Assembly (NCBI GenBank): GCA_050730875.1
Contig: JBOHNX010000001.1
Location: forward strand, 425,972-489,971
From: Candidatus Saccharimonadales bacterium
GTDB lineage: Bacteria > Patescibacteriota > Saccharimonadia > Saccharimonadales > EFPC-124
Length of the DNA stretch: 64,000 bases
Reading direction: 5' to 3'
A program made the translations under genes and the position numbers. Below are positions 1 through 7,428 of the stretch, piece after piece. The notes under the pieces were generated by a model. It searched no databases. It worked only from the letters and a program-made list of their open reading frames with translations, and had not been told where the DNA came from. Positions within the stretch are counted from its first letter, which is position 1. Each line of letters begins with the position of its first letter.

Positions 1-191
<191 letters not shown>

Positions 192-274
192 TTACCCTAC
201 CTCTTTTTACGCTTTATGTTTATGCTTATCCCCACTTTACAAGCATCCGCCACGCAGTGCAACCAGTAGAATAA

Positions 275-303
275 TTGACTTATTTACAATATTATTTTAT
301 TAT
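275..303 (+). promoter_or_regulatory. Sigma70-like promoter of cassette A (TTGACT-17 nt-TATTAT)
   Basis: -35 TTGACT at 275-280, 17-nt spacer, -10 TATTAT at 298-303, in AT-rich DNA 44 nt upstream of the ATG at 347. Confidence 0.4.
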
Positions 304-346
304 TTTGCGAGAGGCAAGGTGCCTTGTTTTTGATTGGGAGGTAGAC

Positions 347-724
347 ATGACTGCTCCGACTACCAACGTCTTCACGATCACGCCGGCTAAGGTGATCGTG
401 GACATGGAGGGGTTGAAGAAGGCACTCCACCGTCACAACGCTCGAACTCTGTGCATGGATCTGGATGACAGAACCGACGCGAGCGGCGAACCCTTGTGGG
501 TGTCCGCAACCGTCAATGGCGACACTGCCTCGTACAGTCTGAGCCAGACCCACACCGGCCCCGATGGCACTGCTGACGTCTGGCTGTCGGGAGAGAAGTA
601 CTACCTTGTCGTGCGACTCGACCTCCTAGACCCTGTGGTTCAGGCGGTCGGCGAAATGCACAATGAGAACGCTTCCGACTGGGAGGACCTCCTCCATGCG
701 CTGCGCGCCCACTACTACAAGTAG
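347..724 (+). CDS. Hypothetical protein, high-G+C cassette A (125 aa)
   Basis: ORF track 275..724. I start at ATG 347, preceded by GGGAGG at 337-342. Spot count 37/60 G+C at 481-540. No family recognised. Confidence 0.6.
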   Translation: MTAPTTNVFTITPAKVIVDMEGLKKALHRHNARTLCMDLDDRTDASGEPLWVSATVNGDTASYSLSQTHTGPDGTADVWLSGEKYYLVVRLDLLDPVVQAVGEMHNENASDWEDLLHALRAHYYK

Positions 725-733
725 TGCAACCTC

Positions 734-768
734 GGCAGGGGTCGAGAACTTCGAGTTCTCCCCCTGCC
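734..768 (+). terminator. GC-rich nested hairpin after cassette A ORF (no U-tract)
   Basis: GGCAGGGG (734-741) pairs with CCCCTGCC (761-768). Inner stem GAGAACT/AGTTCTC. Starts 10 nt after the TAG stop. Confidence 0.45.
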
Positions 769-904
769 GCGTATACGTCCATATCTGCACAGATATGCTG
801 ATGAGTCCAAAAGGACGAAACGTGTTTTGGTCGCTCGGCAACATTTGCTATACGGCAAATGCTCGCTCCGCCAAGCAAGGATTCCGTAAACTGCCACTGG
901 CAGT

Positions 905-1441
905 TTACGCGTATACTTTACTAAAGCGTTCGATGCACTCGTGGATGATTTTTTTGGCTTCTTCTGCATCGCCCCAGCCGAGTACTTTGGTGCTGCCTGG
1001 TTTTTTGAGGTCTTTGTAGTGGGTGAAGTGGTGCACAATTTGCTTTTTCCACTGCTCGCCGAGGTCGTCGAGTGTCTGGTAGCGGTCGCCTGAGTGGCGG
1101 TCGTCGGCTGGCACAACGACTACCTTGTGGTCCATTTCGCCGTCGTCTTCGAATTGCAGTACGCCGAGTACGCGCGCTTCTAGGAACACGCCGGTCGCAA
1201 GTGGTTCTGGGCAGACAACCAGTGTGTCGAGTTCATCACCGTCGTCATCCAATGTTTGCGGAATAAAACCGTAATTCACGGGTTTTGCAAAGATTTTAGG
1301 CTCAACGCGGTCCAGCTGAAAACCCGCTAGTTTGCGGTTCCATTCAACCTTAAGGCAAGAGCCTTCAGGAATTTCGATAACAGTATTGATAACGCCGCCG
1401 TCTACATCGCCGGGCGTCAGCACTTGGTTAAAATCGGGCAT
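905..1441 (-). CDS. ppa: Inorganic pyrophosphatase (family I)
   Basis: 178 aa. VIEIPEGS..K.E, DGDELD and VVPADD motifs are typical of soluble PPase. Confidence 0.92.
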   Translation of the reverse strand: MPDFNQVLTPGDVDGGVINTVIEIPEGSCLKVEWNRKLAGFQLDRVEPKIFAKPVNYGFIPQTLDDDGDELDTLVVCPEPLATGVFLEARVLGVLQFEDDGEMDHKVVVVPADDRHSGDRYQTLDDLGEQWKKQIVHHFTHYKDLKKPGSTKVLGWGDAEEAKKIIHECIERFSKVYA

Positions 1442-1504
1442 ATAAAGTCCTTTCGCTCACTTTTCTCGAGTTAAGTGTAGCACAAGATACGCTACAATGA
1501 TGAT

Positions 1505-2224
1505 ATGCAGATTATTGGCCACCGCGGAGCTGCCGGCCTCGCCCCCGAAAACACGCTTGCAAGTATACACGCCGCCCTAGAAGCAGGTGTAGATTGGATT
1601 GAGTTTGACGTGCATGCCACAAAAGACGGCCATGTTGTGTTGGTCCATGACCCGCACACCCTTAGAGTTGGGCCGCATTTGCGCTTTATTTCGCGAACGA
1701 CACGCGCCCAACTGCAGTCGCTTAAAACATATAGTAAGCAGCCAATAATGACGCTAGAAGACGCCATGGATGCGGTTATCGATAAAGCTAAGATAAATAT
1801 TGAGATCAAAAGTCGTAGTTGTGCCGAGAAAGTGGTTAAAAATATCGGGCGTTTGGTAAAAAAAGGCTATTCCTACGACCGCTTTTTCATATCGTCATTC
1901 CAACCAGCAATTTTGCGCAGAGTTCAGCAGCTTAATCCAAACATCCCTCTCGCCTTATTGCACGCAAGTATGCCACTACGGTTTATGGTCGAGCGGGATC
2001 TTAACTTAAGTGCCGTAGGGTTCTACCATCGTTTACTCTCACCCGCCCTTGTCAAGCGAGCCCGAAAGCGTGGTTTGTTGGTATATGCGTATACCGTAAA
2101 TAGCAAGAGTCGCGCAGCCACCCTTGCTAGGTGGGGCGTGCAAGCAATCGTTACCAACTATCCTAATTATTTCAACTTTAGCAAAAAAGAGAGGGTGTTA
2201 TCGAACGTCGAAATGTCTTCTTAG
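1505..2224 (+). CDS. Glycerophosphodiester phosphodiesterase family protein
   Basis: N-terminus IIGHRGAAGLAPENTL...IEFDVHATKDGHVVLVHD matches the GDPD catalytic motif. Confidence 0.85.
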   Translation: MQIIGHRGAAGLAPENTLASIHAALEAGVDWIEFDVHATKDGHVVLVHDPHTLRVGPHLRFISRTTRAQLQSLKTYSKQPIMTLEDAMDAVIDKAKINIEIKSRSCAEKVVKNIGRLVKKGYSYDRFFISSFQPAILRRVQQLNPNIPLALLHASMPLRFMVERDLNLSAVGFYHRLLSPALVKRARKRGLLVYAYTVNSKSRAATLARWGVQAIVTNYPNYFNFSKKERVLSNVEMSS

Positions 2225-2342
2225 GTATTTTGGTGCTGGTGGTGATTATTCTGATCTTGCTTGCTGCTGTCACGTTGCTTACGAGACCGCCAGCCGAGCA
2301 AGTACCCGAGCAACGGGGCGGTACTCGTCTTCAGTTTCTTTC

Positions 2343-3332
2343 CTAAACCGTTTCAGCAACCGGTGTTGCGTGAGCGCGTTCTTGAAGTTCAAGATATTCG
2401 CGCATCTTGAGCGCGGCAGTCGCGCCTTCGCCAACAGCGCTGGCAATTTGCATGGTTGCGCCGCTACGAACATCTCCGGCACAAAAGACACCATGTAGGT
2501 TGGTTTGGAGGTTGGCGTCGGTCAGCACAAAACCCATCTCATCCAACATGACCTCAGACTTCTTGAGGAAATCGGTGTTTGGAAGAAGACCAATAAAGAT
2601 AAACACGCCATCGGTTTTAAATTCTATGGTCTTATCTTTTTGCGTGGCGATAACTTTTGAAACCTTGCCATCTTTGCCATCAGCGATCTCCTTGGTTTCG
2701 ACTCCAAGGTGGAGGGTAATTTTGCCGGCTTTAACAGCTTTGTCCAGTTCGTGCTGCAAAATTTCGGACGCTTTAACGGTGCTACGCACCAGCATATCGA
2801 TGTGGGTCGCGAATTTTGTCAAAAACAGCGCTTCTTGAACGGCTGAATTACCACCGCCTACGACAACTAGCTTTTTGTCGCGGTAGAACGCACCGTCACA
2901 GGTGGCACAGTAGTGGACACCACGGCCGTAGTATTCATCTTCGCCCGGTACGTTCAACTTCCGATAAGAAGAACCGGTAGCAATAAGTACGGCTTTTGCC
3001 CACACCGGGCCGTCGGTTGTTTCGACGCGCTTTAAATGCCCTTCGTCAACAACATTGGTTACTTCGCCAAATCGAATCATGGCGCCAAAGCGTTCAGCTT
3101 GCGCCTGAAGTTCCCCGGCAAGGTTAAGACCACTGATACCCTTTGCGAAACCCGGGTAGTTATCGACCCAATCGGTAATAGCGGCCAAGCCGCCAATGAC
3201 ACCCTTTTCGTAAATAACGGTGTCGATATCTTCACGCGTGGTGTACACGGCTGCGGCTAGCGCCGATGGGCCGGCGCCAATCATAATAACGTCGCGAACT
3301 TCGTGCTCTGCTTGTGGTTTCGTCTCTACCAT
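2343..3332 (-). CDS. trxB: Thioredoxin-disulfide reductase
   Basis: GAGPSALAAAVY FAD motif, redox-active CATCDG, VVGGGNSA NADPH motif. GGAGG SD upstream. Confidence 0.92.
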   Translation of the reverse strand: MVETKPQAEHEVRDVIMIGAGPSALAAAVYTTREDIDTVIYEKGVIGGLAAITDWVDNYPGFAKGISGLNLAGELQAQAERFGAMIRFGEVTNVVDEGHLKRVETTDGPVWAKAVLIATGSSYRKLNVPGEDEYYGRGVHYCATCDGAFYRDKKLVVVGGGNSAVQEALFLTKFATHIDMLVRSTVKASEILQHELDKAVKAGKITLHLGVETKEIADGKDGKVSKVIATQKDKTIEFKTDGVFIFIGLLPNTDFLKKSEVMLDEMGFVLTDANLQTNLHGVFCAGDVRSGATMQIASAVGEGATAALKMREYLELQERAHATPVAETV

Positions 3333-3344
3333 ACTAACCTCCGC

Positions 3345-3605
3345 TTAGGCGGCCATGCCTTGTACTGCACTTGCTAGCTTGCCTGGGTTCCAGCCAACGG
3401 TAATATCCTTACTGCCAGCTTCGTCCTCGACAACAGTTACAGGTACGGTCATTGCGCCACTCATAGTAATAACTTCTTGGCGTAACTCGGGTTGCTCGTC
3501 GAGGTTAACTTCGCTGTAAGGCAGTCCCTTGCCAGTCAGCCATTTTTTGACCATAACGCAATAGGCGCAGGTATTTGTCGTATAAATTGTGATTGTTTTT
3601 GCCAT
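3345..3605 (-). CDS. Glutaredoxin/NrdH-like small redoxin
   Basis: 86 aa, CAYC active site near N-terminus, TVP cis-Pro motif. Lies directly upstream of trxB in the transcription direction (minus strand). Confidence 0.8.
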   Translation of the reverse strand: MAKTITIYTTNTCAYCVMVKKWLTGKGLPYSEVNLDEQPELRQEVITMSGAMTVPVTVVEDEAGSKDITVGWNPGKLASAVQGMAA

Positions 3606-3692
3606 GTTGGTTACCCCGAATTTTAGACACTGCTATTAGTATATATAGTGTAGCGATGCATAAGCAATACGCTATATGTTGTACTTTAGACG

Positions 3693-4217
3693 CTACTCAG
3701 CTGGATTTATCGCGATGAGTTCGACCTCAAACACAAGATCGCTATTGGCTGGAATACCGGGCAATTCTTGCTGACCGTAAGCTTTGTCGGAAGGCACGAT
3801 AAGCCGTCTTTTACCGCCAACTTTCATGCCTGGAACTCCTTCGCTCCAGCCAGCGATAACTTCGTTAAGCCCAAATGTGATTGGTTCACCTCGGTCGTAG
3901 CTGCTATCAAATTTGACGCCGGTTTGCGCGACGGTGCCCTTGTAGTGTACTCGCACTTGATCGCCCGGTTTCACTTCTTCGCCCGTACCGACAACTAGAT
4001 CTACTTTTTGTAATTCGGTTACGTCACCACTTACTTTATAGGCACTTGAATCAACCTGATATTTGTCGGCTTGTTGCTGTTGAAGATTATCTACCGCCTG
4101 CTGTTGTTCGTTGTTTTGCATGATGATAATGAAGTATGAGCCAATAAACCCGATAGTCATGGTCACAGCAATTATCCAAATAATAATGCGCTGCGACGTT
4201 TTGGTATGTGACTCCAC
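3693..4217 (-). CDS. FKBP-type peptidyl-prolyl cis-trans isomerase, membrane-anchored
   Basis: N-terminal TM helix. C-terminal VHYKGT..G..FDSSYDRG.P..F.L..VI.GW.EG..GM..GG.R.L.IP is the FKBP signature. Confidence 0.88.
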   Translation of the reverse strand: MESHTKTSQRIIIWIIAVTMTIGFIGSYFIIIMQNNEQQQAVDNLQQQQADKYQVDSSAYKVSGDVTELQKVDLVVGTGEEVKPGDQVRVHYKGTVAQTGVKFDSSYDRGEPITFGLNEVIAGWSEGVPGMKVGGKRRLIVPSDKAYGQQELPGIPANSDLVFEVELIAINPAE

Positions 4218-4283
4218 TTAAGACCCCTCCAATAAGTATTAATGGCTGCGCTGCAGCACTTTGCAAACAGTATAACAGAATTT

Positions 4284-6068
4284 TTAAGCTTGGACGATTT
4301 CGAACTCTTTGAGTTTCTTCTTGGCGGCTTCGGTCGCACCAAGCTGCAAATCGAGCAGTTGGGCGTAAATCCCACCAGTTTTTGCCAAGCGGTGCGGCGG
4401 GCCGACTTCGTGCACGGTGCCGCCCTTGATGGTTACAATTTCGTCTACATGCGCAATAGTGCTCAGGCGGTGGGCAATAATGAGCGTGGTGCGGCCTTTC
4501 ATTAACACTTCCAGTGCCTCTTGCACCTGTGCTTCGGCTTTGCTGTCGAGTGAGCTGGTTGCCTCGTCGAGGATTAAGATTGGCGCGTCTTTTAACAGTG
4601 CACGTGCAATAGCGATACGCTGTTTTTGGCCGCCGCTTAATTTGACGCCTCGTTCACCGACTTCGGTATCGTAGCCTTTTGGTAACTTGCTGATAAATTC
4701 GTCGGCATTGGCAGCTTTTGCAGCGGCCACAATTTCTTTTTTGGTGGCGCCGCGTTTGGCGTAGGCGATGTTTTCTTTAATGGTGCCACTAAACAAGGCG
4801 GGGTCCTGGAACACGACCGCAGTTTGCTCGCGCAAGCTCCGCTGCGAAACCGTGGCGATGTCGGCACCATCAAGTAAAATCGCGCCCTTCTTCGGTTCGT
4901 ACAAGCGAAGCAACAAGTTAGTGATGGTCGTCTTACCTTCACCGCTCTCACCCACAATTGCCACCTTTTCGCCCGGTTTTACCGCAAAATTGATGTCGGT
5001 CAGCACTTTTTCCTTCGAGTCGTAACTAAAGGAAACATCTTTATATTCGATTTTGCCTTTTGCAACTTTAAGCGCCTGCGCGTCCGGCTTGTCGGTAATA
5101 GCAGGCTTCAGTTCCATGACCTTAAAGTAGTCTTTACTGCCCGCAATAGCGTGCTGCGTTTGGTCGACGATAAAACTCATACTAAAGAGTGGTAGGCGCA
5201 TCAGCAGCGCAAATTGGATGAGCAGGAACATTTCACCCACGCTAAACCGCCCAGCAATCGCCTGCCAAAACACAAAACCAATAATCAGGAAGAAAATAAA
5301 GTTGAGCACCAAACGGCGCAAAATGTCCATGTTATGCCATTTGCGTGACTGCTCGCGAGTGATATCGATAGTTTTTTGGTAGTGGCCACCAAAATAGTCG
5401 AGCTCTCGTTTTTCTTGGATGAACGATTTCACAACCTTCATCTGCGACACGGCCTCGGCAAAACGCCCGCTGGCGATATCAGTGTGCTCGTTCTTTTTTT
5501 GCTGGTGCGCTTGCCATTCCTTGCTGGTAAGCGCTGTTAACCATAGGAAAATTGGGTAGATAATAAACAGCAATATTGCAACTTCCCAGCTGTAGTAGGC
5601 CACAACCACCAGTGTGAAGATCATGGTTAGGATCATCTGGAAGAAGTTGTTCGCAAAGAAGTTCATAAAGTTGGTCAGCTCAAAAATGGTACGGTTGAGC
5701 CGGTTGATGATGGTACCAGTGAGCTCTTGGTCGTAATAACTTTGCGGCAAGCTAAACAGGTGTTGGTAATAGCGTTCACTCAGCTGCTTCTTAAGCTTGG
5801 CGGCCATTATGTCGCCGTAGTAACCGCCCCAGTTGCTAAACAGCGTCACCGCGACATCGCTCGCTAGGAAGGCCGTTGCCAGCCAAAAGCCCAGCCAATA
5901 GTCTGGCGGTTGGCCGCTAATAATGCCGACTACGATATCGGCCGCACCCTTTACAACGAAGGGCGTTACCTGATTTGCTAGTGCCAGCAACACCGAAAAG
6001 ACCGTAATAACAGCGTAGTACGGCCACAAATTGCTGGCATAGCGGAGCACTTTAACTAATTGACGCAT
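4284..6068 (-). CDS. ABC transporter, fused permease/ATPase (MsbA-like exporter)
   Basis: 594 aa. N-terminal 6-TM domain, Walker A GESGEGKTT, signature LSGGQKQR, Walker B ILILDEATS. Confidence 0.9.
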   Translation of the reverse strand: MRQLVKVLRYASNLWPYYAVITVFSVLLALANQVTPFVVKGAADIVVGIISGQPPDYWLGFWLATAFLASDVAVTLFSNWGGYYGDIMAAKLKKQLSERYYQHLFSLPQSYYDQELTGTIINRLNRTIFELTNFMNFFANNFFQMILTMIFTLVVVAYYSWEVAILLFIIYPIFLWLTALTSKEWQAHQQKKNEHTDIASGRFAEAVSQMKVVKSFIQEKRELDYFGGHYQKTIDITREQSRKWHNMDILRRLVLNFIFFLIIGFVFWQAIAGRFSVGEMFLLIQFALLMRLPLFSMSFIVDQTQHAIAGSKDYFKVMELKPAITDKPDAQALKVAKGKIEYKDVSFSYDSKEKVLTDINFAVKPGEKVAIVGESGEGKTTITNLLLRLYEPKKGAILLDGADIATVSQRSLREQTAVVFQDPALFSGTIKENIAYAKRGATKKEIVAAAKAANADEFISKLPKGYDTEVGERGVKLSGGQKQRIAIARALLKDAPILILDEATSSLDSKAEAQVQEALEVLMKGRTTLIIAHRLSTIAHVDEIVTIKGGTVHEVGPPHRLAKTGGIYAQLLDLQLGATEAAKKKLKEFEIVQA

Positions 6069-6098
6069 TGGTTTTATTCTATCAAAAAATTACCCCGC

Positions 6099-6908
6099 TC
6101 AGGTAAGCTCAATATACGAAGCTCGCACTGACGAACCGTAAAATTCGCTCGCATGGCGGTTAAAATCATCTATCCTGGTGCTAAAAAATGTACGTCCGCT
6201 AGTTTTGGCTAATCGAGCCTCTATTTCTGGATGACGACCGAGGTAATCGGCCAACTTTTCTGCCACGATTGGTCCTTCCGATAGTATTTGGATATCGTTG
6301 CCTGCCGCTTCGGCGATGTCGTCCGCGATTAGCCCGTAGTGTGTGCAGCCCAAAATAAGCGTGTCTATGCCTGCACTTTTGAGCGGGTTGATGTATTCGT
6401 AGAGCGCGGCGCGCAACATTGGTGAATGGTGCTCGCCGGCTTCTATGAGTGGCACCAGGCCGGGGCACGCTTGTTGAACTACTGTAATGTCTGAGCGTAG
6501 TTTTTGCAGCTCTTCTACAAAACTGCCGGATTCTACGGTGCCGTCGGTAGCCATGACGCCCACGCGCTGGTTTTTAGTGAGCTCTACCGCGACTTCGGCC
6601 GCCGGAACGATAACACCGAGCACTCGTTTAGCTGGATCGATTTGCGGCAAGCGTTCTTGCTGGATGAATCGGAGCGCTTGGCAGGTGGCGGTATTGCAGG
6701 CCAAAATTATGAGTTCGCACCCTTGTTCGAACAAAAATTCTACAGCTTGTTCAGCGTAACGCCTTACATCTAATCGGTTCAGTGGTCCATAGGGACCGCG
6801 GGCAGTATCGCCTAGGTAAATATAATTGTACTGTGGCAACTTTTTGACGACATCGCGCATGATCGCCAAGCCGCCAAAACCAGAATCGAAAAAACCAATT
6901 TTACCCAT
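6099..6908 (-). CDS. murI: Glutamate racemase
   Basis: GFFDSGFGGL, ILACNTA and LGCTHY catalytic Cys motifs. Confidence 0.92.
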   Translation of the reverse strand: MGKIGFFDSGFGGLAIMRDVVKKLPQYNYIYLGDTARGPYGPLNRLDVRRYAEQAVEFLFEQGCELIILACNTATCQALRFIQQERLPQIDPAKRVLGVIVPAAEVAVELTKNQRVGVMATDGTVESGSFVEELQKLRSDITVVQQACPGLVPLIEAGEHHSPMLRAALYEYINPLKSAGIDTLILGCTHYGLIADDIAEAAGNDIQILSEGPIVAEKLADYLGRHPEIEARLAKTSGRTFFSTRIDDFNRHASEFYGSSVRASYIELT

Positions 6909-6921
6909 CTGTATTTTCTAC

Positions 6922-6950
6922 TTTACAACATGACAATAATTACCTATAGT
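6922..6950 (+). promoter_or_regulatory. Sigma70-like promoter of cassette B (TTTACA-17 nt-TATAGT)
   Basis: -35 at 6922-6927, 17-nt spacer, -10 at 6945-6950. 65 nt upstream of GTG 7015. Confidence 0.4.
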
Positions 6951-7014
6951 ACGCAAGCATAAGGCCTGGGAAAACTTTTCGGGTCTTTTGTTTTTACCAC
7001 AGGGGAGGAACGCT

Positions 7015-7332
7015 GTGAGCGTCATCTGTACCGAAGGAAAAATCACGCTTCGTTTCGATCAGCCCATCCTGGAAGACGAGGAGTTCCTGGCTCAGCCGCC
7101 GTCAGCCGTTCTACTGGTTGACGGCCGCAAAGCGAATGTTCCGGTCAACACGACCGACGAGGCCTATGGTCAGCTCATCCAGATGCTGCTGGGACTCGGG
7201 CGCGACAAGGTCGATCGGATCATCGTTCACGTCGGCTCAATCGAGGTCTTCAAACAGCCGGGTGCAAACCCTCTGCTCAACGAGCTGATCGAAGCCCACG
7301 TCCACAACCTCTACGAGAGCCTGGCCGCCTGA
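7015..7332 (+). CDS. Hypothetical protein, high-G+C cassette B (105 aa)
   Basis: ORF track 6988..7332. I prefer GTG 7015, which lies 5 nt after GGGGAGGA. Spot count 38/60 G+C at 7141-7200. No family recognised. Confidence 0.6.
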   Translation: MSVICTEGKITLRFDQPILEDEEFLAQPPSAVLLVDGRKANVPVNTTDEAYGQLIQMLLGLGRDKVDRIIVHVGSIEVFKQPGANPLLNELIEAHVHNLYESLAA

Positions 7333-7346
7333 AACGCACGTTGCGA

Positions 7347-7371
7347 AGGGTGGCTCCCTGCGAGCCACTCT
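7347..7371 (+). terminator. GC-rich hairpin after cassette B ORF (no U-tract)
   Basis: AGGGTGGCTC cctgc GAGCCACTCT, 15 nt after the TGA stop. Confidence 0.4.
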
Positions 7372-7389
7372 CCAACACTCCCCTGTGGT

Positions 7390-7428
7390 CTCTTCCAAAG
7401 TTCTAAAAACTTTAGAGTTTTGAAAGAG
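7390..7428 (-). terminator. Imperfect 39-nt palindrome immediately after pheT stop
   Basis: CTCTTCCAAAGTTCTAAAAACTTTAGAGTTTTGAAAGAG. Stems CTCTT/AAGAG, CAAA/TTTG, TCTAA/TTAGA. T-rich. Confidence 0.45.

Larger units (their letters stand above)
6996..7389. repeat. 12-bp inverted repeat bracketing cassette B ORF
   Basis: ACCACAGGGGAG at 6996-7007 and its exact reverse complement CTCCCCTGTGGT at 7378-7389. The left arm overlaps the SD. Confidence 0.7.

Noticed and set aside
2230-2346. Possible 38-codon TM micro-ORF (TTG start; VLVVIILILLAAVTLLT...) between the GDPD gene and trxB
   Set aside because: It has no ATG/GTG start with an SD, it overlaps the trxB stop, and it is too short to support without conservation data.
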